This document shows positions 43,054 to 52,692 of a stretch of DNA of 64,000 bases, one piece after another; position 1 is the first letter of the stretch, and every line of letters begins with the position of its first letter. A program made the translations under genes and the position numbers. The notes under the pieces are model-generated. The model saw only the letters and a list, made by a program, of their open reading frames with translations, was not told the origin of the DNA and did not search any database. This stretch comes from a virus. The stretch is from the IMG/VR virus record IMGVR_UViG_3300021185_003853, positions 1-64,000 of that record; one strand, written 5' to 3'.

Positions 43054-43809
43054 TCAAAATGGAAGCGTGTCTATCAATCTTCCTACATTGTTTGTTTGCG
43101 TAATCAAATCCTGAATGCTGTTTGGCTTTCTTATCTGTTTAATTTGTTGTGCTACACTATTTATAGATGATAAGAAACCAAGTAACCCTGTCTTACTATT
43201 AAATCCTGATACAATGCCGTCATCTGCACCTTCAACGCTGAATGAATCATATGCAAAGTTAACAGTAATGGTCATAACCTCTGCGCCATTTTCCCATGCA
43301 ACCTGAACACCGCCTACTGATACTGGGAATGCGCCATTAAATTTGTAGTTGTATGTTATTTGTTCTTGGTGATACGAATAAACAACAACTTCTAATGTTG
43401 AACTATAATCATCATGATAATTAAATTCATACAACCCACGACCATCAACAGAGTTTAAAGGACCTGATCCGTTTCCGTGATTGAAAACACTTTGATTCCA
43501 TTGATGAAATAACTTCTTAATTGCAAAATTAGAATCGACCATAAACACTAAGGGAACTGTTCCGTTTTCCATTGCAGTTGCACGCTTTTGAGATACCCCA
43601 TGCCCCTGTGTTTTGATGTCTGTTACATTCAGTTCGAGGTCAGGCAATTGAACAGATCGACAAAAGAAAGGAATGTCTCTAATGTTCATACCTTCATTAC
43701 CAGCCGAACTCAATGAGGCGGGCAACGAGAATCGTGCGAGGAATAAATTATTAAGTGCAACTCCGTGACGGTTGATTGTTGCACTGAAATCTGCTACATT
43801 AAATGGCAT
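43054..43809 (-). CDS. gp54-like tail tube initiator (tail-tube fold)
   Basis: FFCRSVQLP, F.VDSNF, AFPVSVG..Q.AW, TVNFAY. Confidence 0.7.
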   Translation of the reverse strand: MPFNVADFSATINRHGVALNNLFLARFSLPASLSSAGNEGMNIRDIPFFCRSVQLPDLELNVTDIKTQGHGVSQKRATAMENGTVPLVFMVDSNFAIKKLFHQWNQSVFNHGNGSGPLNSVDGRGLYEFNYHDDYSSTLEVVVYSYHQEQITYNYKFNGAFPVSVGGVQVAWENGAEVMTITVNFAYDSFSVEGADDGIVSGFNSKTGLLGFLSSINSVAQQIKQIRKPNSIQDLITQTNNVGRLIDTLPF

Positions 43810-43815
43810 TGTACG

Positions 43816-44415
43816 CTACCCCCTGATAGCACGTCTTGAATCCGCAAATACTTGCGCTTTTGATGCACCAACAAATCTTTCTGTCGGCAAAAATAATGCT
43901 ATATCCCACTCTGAGGGATACACATATAAAAATTTACTTGTTACTTGTGAGGTCAGATAACGCTTAACACAAGGTTTGAAAGGACCGTATTTTGCTGCTT
44001 TGTCCAATATCTGATATGATATTCTTAATTTTGTTGACTCATCATATTTTGTATTGTTAGCAGTATCATACAATGCGTCCATCAATTTAGCACGTAATTG
44101 TAAAGGCAGGTAGTGCATGTTTAATCCCATGAACCCACCAGGTACCTTCTTATACGGAAAGATCAACGGCAATCTATCATAGTACGGCAATGTTGCTTTG
44201 TGCTTTGCAACATATTCCATCATATACATGCCACCTACAAGAGGTTGAGACATCATTCGTTCTTTATCACTACCCTTGCCGAATAATTTATTCTCTGATA
44301 CATTCTTATATTGTTTTGCTGTGTCACGATACCAATTACGTGCCTTAGATGTGCGAGCAGGTATCTGTCCCGCTCGAACGCCTTTGGTTAGTATTTCATC
44401 AAATAGTGTAGACAT
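43816..44415 (-). CDS. gp2: DNA end protector protein gp2
   Basis: KHKATLPYYDRLPL, GLNMHYLP, KPCVKRYL, WDIALFLPTERF. Confidence 0.92.
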   Translation of the reverse strand: MSTLFDEILTKGVRAGQIPARTSKARNWYRDTAKQYKNVSENKLFGKGSDKERMMSQPLVGGMYMMEYVAKHKATLPYYDRLPLIFPYKKVPGGFMGLNMHYLPLQLRAKLMDALYDTANNTKYDESTKLRISYQILDKAAKYGPFKPCVKRYLTSQVTSKFLYVYPSEWDIALFLPTERFVGASKAQVFADSRRAIRG

Positions 44416-44859
44416 TTAGATCTTTACGATACCTGCTTCCATTAGAATGCCTCTGTTTCTTAGATGTTCAAATACAATATCATCCTTGCTTTGACCATGA
44501 TAAGGAACAGCGTGATGTTCTTCAATCATAATTTTTGTGACTGGCCGCCATGCATCTGTCTTTGCATCATAGACATCAAAGTCACCAAGGATACGACCGA
44601 ACTTACCTTTCATGTCCTCCCCTTTCTTACTAATTTGTGTACGTAACACAGGGTTAGGACCTAATAATTCTTTGAGACGTTGCTTTGCTGCCAATCCAAA
44701 TACTTTTTCTACTTTGTCTCGTGTACGTGATTCAGGAGTATCGATGCCCATGATTCTTACACGTTCTTTTTTCATCCAAACACCAAAACCTAGATCAATA
44801 TCTACATCTACAGTATCACCGTCAACAATTTTTACTACTTTACATTTATAATCATACAT
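44416..44859 (-). CDS. thermonuclease (SNase-like)
   Basis: VDGDTVDV, RVRIMGIDTPESRT, GKFGRILG. Confidence 0.9.
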   Translation of the reverse strand: MYDYKCKVVKIVDGDTVDVDIDLGFGVWMKKERVRIMGIDTPESRTRDKVEKVFGLAAKQRLKELLGPNPVLRTQISKKGEDMKGKFGRILGDFDVYDAKTDAWRPVTKIMIEEHHAVPYHGQSKDDIVFEHLRNRGILMEAGIVKI

Positions 44860-44860
44860 A

Positions 44861-45310
44861 TTATTTTATTCCTAGATGGTCTTCGTGCATTATTTGAAAG
44901 CGATACCCTCTATCAATACAATATTCTTCTGCTGCTTTCCACTTTGCGCTATTGATACCCCAATCCTTTACTTCACGGATGTAACGCTTTGTGGGTTTGC
45001 TTCCTTTCTTTTTAATGACAGGCGGCCCGCATTGATACTTTGGTTTCACTTCTATTAAAATTTTTTCTTTCTTGTTATCTTTATTTATCATTTCTACATA
45101 GAAATCAGGAAAATATCTGTGCATCTTTCCATCAATAGGTGAACGATACGGAATAACAATTTCTTCACTATTCCATAGCAATACGCCAGGATGTTTATCA
45201 AGGTAGGACATTAATTTTAATTCCCATCCACTACGATAAATAATATTTGTCGAATCACCTCTATACTTCTCTGGGTGTCGAGGTTTAAATTTTCCTTGCA
45301 TCAAAGGCAT
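44861..45310 (-). CDS. gp4: head completion nuclease gp4
   Basis: GKFKPRHPEKYRGD, YRSGWE, WNSEEIVIPY, HRYFPDF, IEVKP, NSAKWKAA; divergent from gp48. Confidence 0.9.
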   Translation of the reverse strand: MPLMQGKFKPRHPEKYRGDSTNIIYRSGWELKLMSYLDKHPGVLLWNSEEIVIPYRSPIDGKMHRYFPDFYVEMINKDNKKEKILIEVKPKYQCGPPVIKKKGSKPTKRYIREVKDWGINSAKWKAAEEYCIDRGYRFQIMHEDHLGIK

Positions 45311-45323
45311 TATACATTACTCA

Positions 45324-45355
45324 TATAAATAAAGTTATCACTTTATGTATTTATA
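45324..45355. promoter_or_regulatory. pair of face-to-face T4-type late promoters
   Basis: TATAAATA (+, 45324-31) and TATAAATA (-, 45348-55), 16 bp apart. Confidence 0.85.
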
Positions 45356-45369
45356 CAGGACAAAAGTAA

Positions 45370-46449
45370 ATGGCAAGCGGTAACGAAACAGTTAATGCAT
45401 CAAAAAAAGATTCTAGCTTAGAGGTCTTAAGTTTTCCCAGTAACCTGGGCGTACACCAAATGATCTTAAAATTTTATGAATACGACTACTCTCGTGTGTC
45501 GAAAGGTAAAGGTGCTCATGGAGTAAAGGCATCTATCGCCTTGCCGTTGCCGCAAAATATTGTTGATCAATCTCGCCTTGAAGTTGGTGGCACACAGTTA
45601 GGTGTGCTTGGTGGGATTACTGCAGACATCTCAGGTGCTGCAAAGTCAGGCAATCTAGGTGCTAATGCACAAAAAGACATCAGTGCGTTCAAAAATGAAG
45701 ACGGATCATTTAAAGGTGCTACTGAAATGATGAGTGCCTTTGCAAACAATTTTAAAGATGTTATTGGTTCGGGCATGGATGCATCTGTTTATTTGTTGAA
45801 AGCAGGTGTGGGAAGCATTGCTCCACAGATAGGACAAGCATTATCAGCAACAAGTGGAGCAGCATTGAACCCACAAACAACGCTTGTATTTGATGGTGTT
45901 GATCTAAAAATTCATAACTTTGAATGGTTGTTGTCTCCTAAGAATGAAAAAGAACAAAAAGAATTAGATAAAATCATTCAGCTCATACAATACTATATTC
46001 ATCCTGACTACAAAAGTCCTGCGGCAGGGTTAGAGTCGTCAACATTCAGAAGTGTTAGTCGTGGACTATTAACATATCCTGCGCTTATGCAAGTAGAGTT
46101 AGTTGGTGTATCAGGCAATCTTAAAACAGTATTCAAGTCAGGTAAATATTTAATGGTCAATCAATTTGCTGTTGACTATACTCCACAAGGCATGGTATTG
46201 AATAAAGGCGGCACAGCATCAGTTATTCGTTGCTCGTTAAATACAACTGAAAGCGAAATTCATACTCGTGCTGACTATCGTTATGGCGAATTTGGTGCGT
46301 TAGGTGATGAATCAAATGATCTTTCTGATATTTTAACTGATGTATTAGATGGCGCAGCTGACATTGAGGACATCGTTCAAGGCGAAATCGACAGTCAACT
46401 TAGTGGTGCAGTTAGTGATCTCGCAGACAAATATAACGTAACTGCTTAG
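45370..46449 (+). CDS. gp48: baseplate tail-tube cap gp48-like
   Basis: IALPLP, NPQTTLVFDGVDLKIHNFEWLLSPKN, VDYTP; synteny. Confidence 0.8.
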   Translation: MASGNETVNASKKDSSLEVLSFPSNLGVHQMILKFYEYDYSRVSKGKGAHGVKASIALPLPQNIVDQSRLEVGGTQLGVLGGITADISGAAKSGNLGANAQKDISAFKNEDGSFKGATEMMSAFANNFKDVIGSGMDASVYLLKAGVGSIAPQIGQALSATSGAALNPQTTLVFDGVDLKIHNFEWLLSPKNEKEQKELDKIIQLIQYYIHPDYKSPAAGLESSTFRSVSRGLLTYPALMQVELVGVSGNLKTVFKSGKYLMVNQFAVDYTPQGMVLNKGGTASVIRCSLNTTESEIHTRADYRYGEFGALGDESNDLSDILTDVLDGAADIEDIVQGEIDSQLSGAVSDLADKYNVTA

Positions 46450-46458
46450 GAATAAATT

Positions 46459-47181
46459 ATGTATTTTAAATCTTTTCCGACAACCCTTTGGGACAAAAAA
46501 GAGATGGTAGACATCTCTAGACGTGCGACTATCCTTAATAAAGTTAAAGGTGATCCATATGGATTCGTTCCTTATACAGTTCAGGATGGCGATACGATAG
46601 AAATGATTGCATATCATTACTATGGCGATGCAGAATTGTCATGGTTGGTCCTACTTGCTAATAATATTATTGATCCTTATGAAGATTTTTTCAAAGAGAC
46701 AGGACAACTAGATCAATATATTACTAACAAATATCGTGAAGAATGGTATCAAGCAGCTATAGTTGATAATGTCTTAGGGCTGGTGCATCCTGTTACTAGG
46801 TTAGTATCAACTGATCCTGAATTAACGCTCGAACTATATGTTAGTTACACCGGCAATAGTAACTATAGGTATTGGAGTGAAGACGAAACCGTATTGAGAT
46901 GGACACAAAACCAAGTTATTCCATCAAGTACGGGCAATAAGTTCTTGGGTGAAGATGCTGCTCGAGCGTTTAAAACAATTAAATATTATTATTCAAAAAA
47001 TAATCCTAACATACAAATCTCGCCCGCCACACAAATAAAATATCCTTCAGGCGAGTTTGTTCCTAAGTATATTTACGACCATGAAGTAGAAGAGAACGAA
47101 AAGAAACGTAATATTAATTTAATTTCTGATATTTACGTCAATCAAATCATAGATGAGATGAAGACAGTTCTAAATGACTAA
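46459..47181 (+). CDS. gp53: baseplate wedge protein gp53
   Basis: YFKSFP, LysM-like YTVQDGDTIEMIAYHYYG...WLVLLANNIIDP, E...NEKKRNI. Confidence 0.88.
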   Translation: MYFKSFPTTLWDKKEMVDISRRATILNKVKGDPYGFVPYTVQDGDTIEMIAYHYYGDAELSWLVLLANNIIDPYEDFFKETGQLDQYITNKYREEWYQAAIVDNVLGLVHPVTRLVSTDPELTLELYVSYTGNSNYRYWSEDETVLRWTQNQVIPSSTGNKFLGEDAARAFKTIKYYYSKNNPNIQISPATQIKYPSGEFVPKYIYDHEVEENEKKRNINLISDIYVNQIIDEMKTVLND

Positions 47182-48661
47182 AGCAAAGATCGCACCCCAT
47201 GCAGGATACGTTGACGTTTCGAAACTTTTAATCGTTTCGCACGAGAGCGGGAAGTCAGTCGATATAAAAGCAAACTACGTCTCGATCCACATGACCGAAA
47301 ACTTATACAATCCTTTCGTAGATGGATACATTGATATTGCGGACACTTACGGAATGATATACCCCACCGCTTCTGAACGATCAGACGATAATTTTTTTCA
47401 AATACGAGGCGAAGAGTATCTACATATAGAGTACTACGACTACAAATCTTTCGATGATGCATCAGAACTCAAAAAAGAAACTTATTTTATATACGCTATC
47501 GAAGAGATAGAGATGCTTGATCGTAAGAAAGAGACAGGTTTACAATACAGACTCTTCTTTACATCACCACAAAAAGTATTTTCTGATACAAAACTTATAA
47601 GCAAAGCATATAGAAACATGTCATGTAGTGAGATAGTACAAAGCATATACGATGAATACTATACAAACACAACAAACGATCTATGTAAACACAAAGATAA
47701 TAACGGAAATATATTAAATATAAAGAAAGATCTTATAATAGAAGAGACAAAAGCAAAGTATACAATCGTAATACCTAACCTTTCACCAGAGAAAGCAATA
47801 CAGTTTATAGGTAAACGAGCGTATAGCGAAAAAAATTCAAGCAGTTTCTTCATGTTTTTCGAGACGAGAGACAATTTTTATTTTTGCACCACAGAATACC
47901 TTGTAGAAAAGAATCGATTAAAATCAATTGAGCAGGGGGAACGATTTGAGTATTCTTCAGGTAAAGATGACAATTCTCCTGATGGACAAGAACGTGCGAT
48001 GAACATCATATCGAATGGCACTTTCCCCTCAATCAACTCGATGGAAGCGATTAAGAAACAAGCGTATTCACGTAGAATCAGCGAGATAGATCTAGCGAAT
48101 CGAGACATCAATCACTTCTATTATCAATACAAAGATAACTATACAGGGTATGAGAACATTGATAAGCGACCACAGTTGCAGAACTCTAAAGCGTTTATAA
48201 CACAAACGACTGGAGATGTCAACCATATAGATGATACGTATGTGTTTAAGGACTATGCAGGTATCGGTGAAGCGTATCAGAAACAAGCGAATCATGATAG
48301 ACAGTATCCATATTATAAGGAAACATTAAGTACGAAACCTGTGTTTGCATATCACTTTGCAAAGAATACTATGACAGGATCTATTAAAGGAAGGAATAAG
48401 ATGTTTCCTGGATCTTTAATCAATGTTGATATACCTGAGTATGCAGTTACATCTATGAAAAATAATATTCCTTTAGATAAGTACTTTGGCGGTACACAGA
48501 TGGTTGTATCATTAAGCCATGTTATAGTAAATAATGAATGGAATAGTTCTATATCATTTACGAAAGCATTACGTGGAGGAGGGAGTGCACCTAACGCCCC
48601 TGGATCGAATGCATCTGCTGTAAGTGAAGAGAAACCAACAGGACAGAGTGAGACATCATAA
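47174..48661 (+). CDS. baseplate hub protein (gp27-like)
   Basis: I.E.LY.PF..GYI.I.D, VIPNLSP..AI, FMFFET; lies between 53 and 5. Confidence 0.65.
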   Translation: MTKAKIAPHAGYVDVSKLLIVSHESGKSVDIKANYVSIHMTENLYNPFVDGYIDIADTYGMIYPTASERSDDNFFQIRGEEYLHIEYYDYKSFDDASELKKETYFIYAIEEIEMLDRKKETGLQYRLFFTSPQKVFSDTKLISKAYRNMSCSEIVQSIYDEYYTNTTNDLCKHKDNNGNILNIKKDLIIEETKAKYTIVIPNLSPEKAIQFIGKRAYSEKNSSSFFMFFETRDNFYFCTTEYLVEKNRLKSIEQGERFEYSSGKDDNSPDGQERAMNIISNGTFPSINSMEAIKKQAYSRRISEIDLANRDINHFYYQYKDNYTGYENIDKRPQLQNSKAFITQTTGDVNHIDDTYVFKDYAGIGEAYQKQANHDRQYPYYKETLSTKPVFAYHFAKNTMTGSIKGRNKMFPGSLINVDIPEYAVTSMKNNIPLDKYFGGTQMVVSLSHVIVNNEWNSSISFTKALRGGGSAPNAPGSNASAVSEEKPTGQSETS

Positions 48662-50352
48662 TGGCAGGATTAAAACAATTTACACATTTTGTAGGATATG
48701 TAGTTGATCGTGAAGATGGTCAGAACTTAGGTCGTGTTAAAGTTAAAGCATTAGGATTCCATGATCTTGATTCAAAGGTTATATGTGCTGATGACTTACC
48801 TTGGGCACCTGTTGTTGATGGTACGTATGGCGCTGTATCAACTGTTCCATTAATAGGCGATTGGGTATTAGGTGCGTTTCTCGATGGTGCTGATGCTCAA
48901 CATCCTATTGTCTTGGGTTGTATCCCAGGCTATAACTCGCAGGCTCCTTCTGGAACGGAAACAAATGGAACCGAAGTTGCTGAATACGCAAATGATCCTA
49001 ATCTATTTGGTAAGTTTCCTTTACATCCTGTATTAGGTGGAGAAGGTGTTGATCAATTAGAAGGTTTATTATCTGCAGCGACTGCTACACGTAGAGATGA
49101 TAACGATTTAAAAGATTCAATTGAACGTAAGCATACAGAAGAAGTTGCGATGCGTCCGGAACGTGATCTTGATAATCGTGTGTTATCGTCTACGGATGAT
49201 CAGAACTATATCTTAATGACTGACTCAGATGGCGGACATATACAAATAGTTCATCATAAAGGTACTGTGATACAAATCAATGAAGAAGGCGATGTATTGA
49301 TTAAGACTCGTGGCGGTATGCAGAATATGGTTGATGGTGGCCTTGTTGAACAGATCGATGGCGACTACAATACAATGATTGGACAAGATTATACATTAAA
49401 AGTTGACAACAACGGAAAGATGTATTTCCGCAACGATCTTGACATTGAATGTGAGAACTTTAGTTTAACAGTGCGTGGCGATACATTAATTAATACGAAA
49501 GGCACACATGTACAGAAATCATTTGGTAACATGATGATTAACTCTGGCGATGATATGGATATAGTGTCTGAAAAGAAATTAAAAATTCAATCACTTGATC
49601 TCACAACAATACAATCTGATAATCATGGTATCTACTTATATGCAACGGGTGCGCAGAATAAGATTGATATGACATCAGGTTCGTTGAAAATGACTACAGA
49701 AATTAAACCGAATACTGCGATACCTGATTTCACGGAAGCGGATACGCATGAATTAGGCACTATCGATATACAAAGTGCGAACAATATGTTTATCGAAACG
49801 AAAGGAACTCCTGCAGATTCACCGCCTAGCACTGCAGAGACTGAGGACTCAGACGGTTACATAGACATTAAGTCATCAGGAGGCCTACGCTTAGAAACAA
49901 CGGGTGGAAATATTACAGCGATATCATCTAATGATACATTCATGACAACACAAGAGAATTTAAGTCTCACATCAGGGGGCATATCAGATATAGCGTCTGT
50001 AGGTAACATAGCTATAGCAACACCAGAACAAGTTCATGTTCGTGGCTCAACAACTTATATTGATGATATTGTTCGTATGGCAGAAGGTGGTGCTGATACA
50101 CATAATGCTGTTGATGGGCGAGTTAAACAAAATTTCCCTGCGTCTTCCACTGAAGCAATGATTAGTTCGCTTACACGTAAGAATGTCGATGATGAAGATG
50201 ATCTACAAAAGGCAAATGCAGCAGGTGGGTTAGCACCTATGCCGCCTGACAATCAGGGTGTGGGTGGATACAAGGTGCCTGATTCAATACCTATAATACC
50301 GAACCCGGGTAATACAAGTGGTTCACAAGGAGTAGCAGAAGAAGATGAGTAA
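48661..50352 (+). CDS. gp5: baseplate central spike gp5 (OB fold + beta-helix, no lysozyme domain seen)
   Basis: FVGYVVDREDGQNLGRVKVKALGFH, LPWA, GDWVLGAFLDG..AQHPIVLG. Confidence 0.88.
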   Translation: MAGLKQFTHFVGYVVDREDGQNLGRVKVKALGFHDLDSKVICADDLPWAPVVDGTYGAVSTVPLIGDWVLGAFLDGADAQHPIVLGCIPGYNSQAPSGTETNGTEVAEYANDPNLFGKFPLHPVLGGEGVDQLEGLLSAATATRRDDNDLKDSIERKHTEEVAMRPERDLDNRVLSSTDDQNYILMTDSDGGHIQIVHHKGTVIQINEEGDVLIKTRGGMQNMVDGGLVEQIDGDYNTMIGQDYTLKVDNNGKMYFRNDLDIECENFSLTVRGDTLINTKGTHVQKSFGNMMINSGDDMDIVSEKKLKIQSLDLTTIQSDNHGIYLYATGAQNKIDMTSGSLKMTTEIKPNTAIPDFTEADTHELGTIDIQSANNMFIETKGTPADSPPSTAETEDSDGYIDIKSSGGLRLETTGGNITAISSNDTFMTTQENLSLTSGGISDIASVGNIAIATPEQVHVRGSTTYIDDIVRMAEGGADTHNAVDGRVKQNFPASSTEAMISSLTRKNVDDEDDLQKANAAGGLAPMPPDNQGVGGYKVPDSIPIIPNPGNTSGSQGVAEEDE

Positions 50353-52258
50353 TTGTCCAACTAGTTTACCATTAAGTCAATTAACTGATACTGATGAATT
50401 TAAAAATATTTTATCAGGCGAAGATCTATTAAACTTAACAGATCCCACAAAGCAATTGAATCAAGCATTGTTGTCTGTGACTACGGATACGATAAATGAT
50501 AAATTAAATGATCAGAAGACGAAGCAATCTCCATCCGCATATACGTTTGATCAGTTTGAAGATGACTATCCTACACTAGCTAAAAAGATACAAGACGATG
50601 ATATTAGTCTTGGTGAAGTCGCTATATTCGCAACTGAAACAGGTGCCACCCTGCAATCCCCCTTGAATAGTGCGTTTGACGATCCTGTAGATGGCGTTGA
50701 TACTGAAGGAGTAACGACTGGGGATACTATTAAGGCGGGGCAAGTATCATTAGATTTTCGTGCATGGACTCCAGGATCTTATCCTACGGCACAAATTGCT
50801 GGTGCATTAGCATTGTTAGATACATTCCTTGATGATAATATAGGGTCATCATTATCGGGGGGTCAATGTGCCGCCTTTGCTGCTTTGGGTAATTCTTTAC
50901 AAAGTTTATTACAATCTATGAAAGCAAAGGCAGATTCACTTGATAGCATACCTGGATTGGATCTTAAGAAGTTTACATTAAGTGAAATTTTATCAGGAGA
51001 AGTGATAAAGGTCAAGTTAAAATTAGAAATGATTGGTAAATTAATTAAGGATACTGTAGAGAAAGTTATTGAAAAGGTTAAGAATCAAGCAAAGTCACTC
51101 GTTGCTTCACTTAAAGATCTTCCTAATTCATTACAAGCACAGTTAAATAAGGCACAAGCGAAGGTTGCGGCATTCACATCTGACAAGAATAAGAACGGTG
51201 TGATGGATGGAATTGATAAAATGATTGCGAATGTTGGATCAATGTTCGAAAAATTAACCCCTGCTGTATTGGGTTTATTGTTGTTTCGTTTCTGTCAAGT
51301 AACAAGTGCTATACAAAATGCAAGTGAAACTCCTTTAAAATCATTGATGAATACAGTGAATGGCATTCAAGAAACACAAAAAATCATGAAGAGTGAGAGT
51401 GCAAAGGCAACAAAAACCGCTGTAGAGTCAGGTGCTAACCGCATGGATGCTGATGACGTTGAAAAACAAAAGGAAAAAGCGCAAACAGAAATGCGTGAAC
51501 GTAGTACGAAACTTGATGATCTCGTTGAAGGACACAAGTCTCTATACGGTGAAGGTGATGGTGTCGGTCAATTGAATACTGATAGAACGATTAATAATGA
51601 TTCATTAGTATACGATTTCATGAAGTCATATCCACGACCGAAGAGATCAAAGGATTTGCCTAAGGAATTAAGACCCTATGTTTCTAAGCTAGGTAACGAT
51701 ACATCTATTACTGGCGGTATTGGACCCATCAAATTTAAGGGAGGATCACAGATTGCGACTACACAATTACGTAAGAATGGTGATGATACTGGTGCTCCGG
51801 GCCCGGGTTGGACTCTAGTACAAACGAAACTATGGGTACAGATACTAGATATGGCAAATCAATTAGATGAAGATATACTTGTAATCAAAGGGTTCGATTA
51901 TGAATCTAAATCTAAATATCGTAAGAAAGGACAAATAGTAACTATAGAATTACCCTCTGATGATATAACTACACAATTAAGATATCTTATTGCCGCTTCC
52001 CGTGCAGGACTTAAAGGAATTCTTCTAGGCACGAACCCAGGAAGAATTACTGTAGGTAATTCTGCTCGTGGTGGATGGTTAAGTAAAACTTTACAAAAAG
52101 AATATGATGATTTATTTAAAGGTGCTACTGCGGATGAACGTGTTGAGTCATTCACTGCAGGAAAGGATAATACATCTATATTCGCATTAAGAAGTGCTTT
52201 AAAAGATCATAAGCGTGATGCATGGTATCCTAGAGTTGCCGTCAAGAATGATAAATAA
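50345..52258 (+). CDS. baseplate-associated protein with possible degenerate peptidase M15-like C-terminus
   Basis: Helical centre; the C-terminal pattern resembles the M15 fold without its His/Asp ligands. Confidence 0.55.
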   Translation: MSNCPTSLPLSQLTDTDEFKNILSGEDLLNLTDPTKQLNQALLSVTTDTINDKLNDQKTKQSPSAYTFDQFEDDYPTLAKKIQDDDISLGEVAIFATETGATLQSPLNSAFDDPVDGVDTEGVTTGDTIKAGQVSLDFRAWTPGSYPTAQIAGALALLDTFLDDNIGSSLSGGQCAAFAALGNSLQSLLQSMKAKADSLDSIPGLDLKKFTLSEILSGEVIKVKLKLEMIGKLIKDTVEKVIEKVKNQAKSLVASLKDLPNSLQAQLNKAQAKVAAFTSDKNKNGVMDGIDKMIANVGSMFEKLTPAVLGLLLFRFCQVTSAIQNASETPLKSLMNTVNGIQETQKIMKSESAKATKTAVESGANRMDADDVEKQKEKAQTEMRERSTKLDDLVEGHKSLYGEGDGVGQLNTDRTINNDSLVYDFMKSYPRPKRSKDLPKELRPYVSKLGNDTSITGGIGPIKFKGGSQIATTQLRKNGDDTGAPGPGWTLVQTKLWVQILDMANQLDEDILVIKGFDYESKSKYRKKGQIVTIELPSDDITTQLRYLIAASRAGLKGILLGTNPGRITVGNSARGGWLSKTLQKEYDDLFKGATADERVESFTAGKDNTSIFALRSALKDHKRDAWYPRVAVKNDK

Positions 52259-52281
52259 TATATAAACCCAGGAATAAGTAA

Positions 52282-52689
52282 ATGGCATTAACACCTAACA
52301 GTATATCACGAATAGTGGCAGCGGATTTTCATAAGGACATGACGATTGTTCCTGGGAAAGAAGATTTAGCACGTAAGATGAATGAGCAAGCAGTTAAAGA
52401 ATCTATACGCAATATAGTATTAACGAATAAAGGAGAGCGTCCGTTTCAACCTGAGTTGGGTTGTAATGTACGTAAGATGTTATTTGATAATGCAACACCT
52501 CAAACATTTGACTTAGTTGAAACTGTGATATATGATGCTATTGATCTATATGAACCCCGATGTGAATTAATAGGGGTTGACGTAACGGGTGATATAGATA
52601 GCAATGCGATTAATATATCGATTGTGTTTCGATTGATAAATACTGATACTCCAACTAAGTTTAACATAATCCTCGACAGGGTAAGATAA
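52282..52689 (+). CDS. gp25: baseplate wedge subunit gp25
   Basis: AVKESIRNIVLTNKGERPFQPELG, YEPR. Confidence 0.93.
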   Translation: MALTPNSISRIVAADFHKDMTIVPGKEDLARKMNEQAVKESIRNIVLTNKGERPFQPELGCNVRKMLFDNATPQTFDLVETVIYDAIDLYEPRCELIGVDVTGDIDSNAINISIVFRLINTDTPTKFNIILDRVR

Positions 52690-52692
52690 GAA

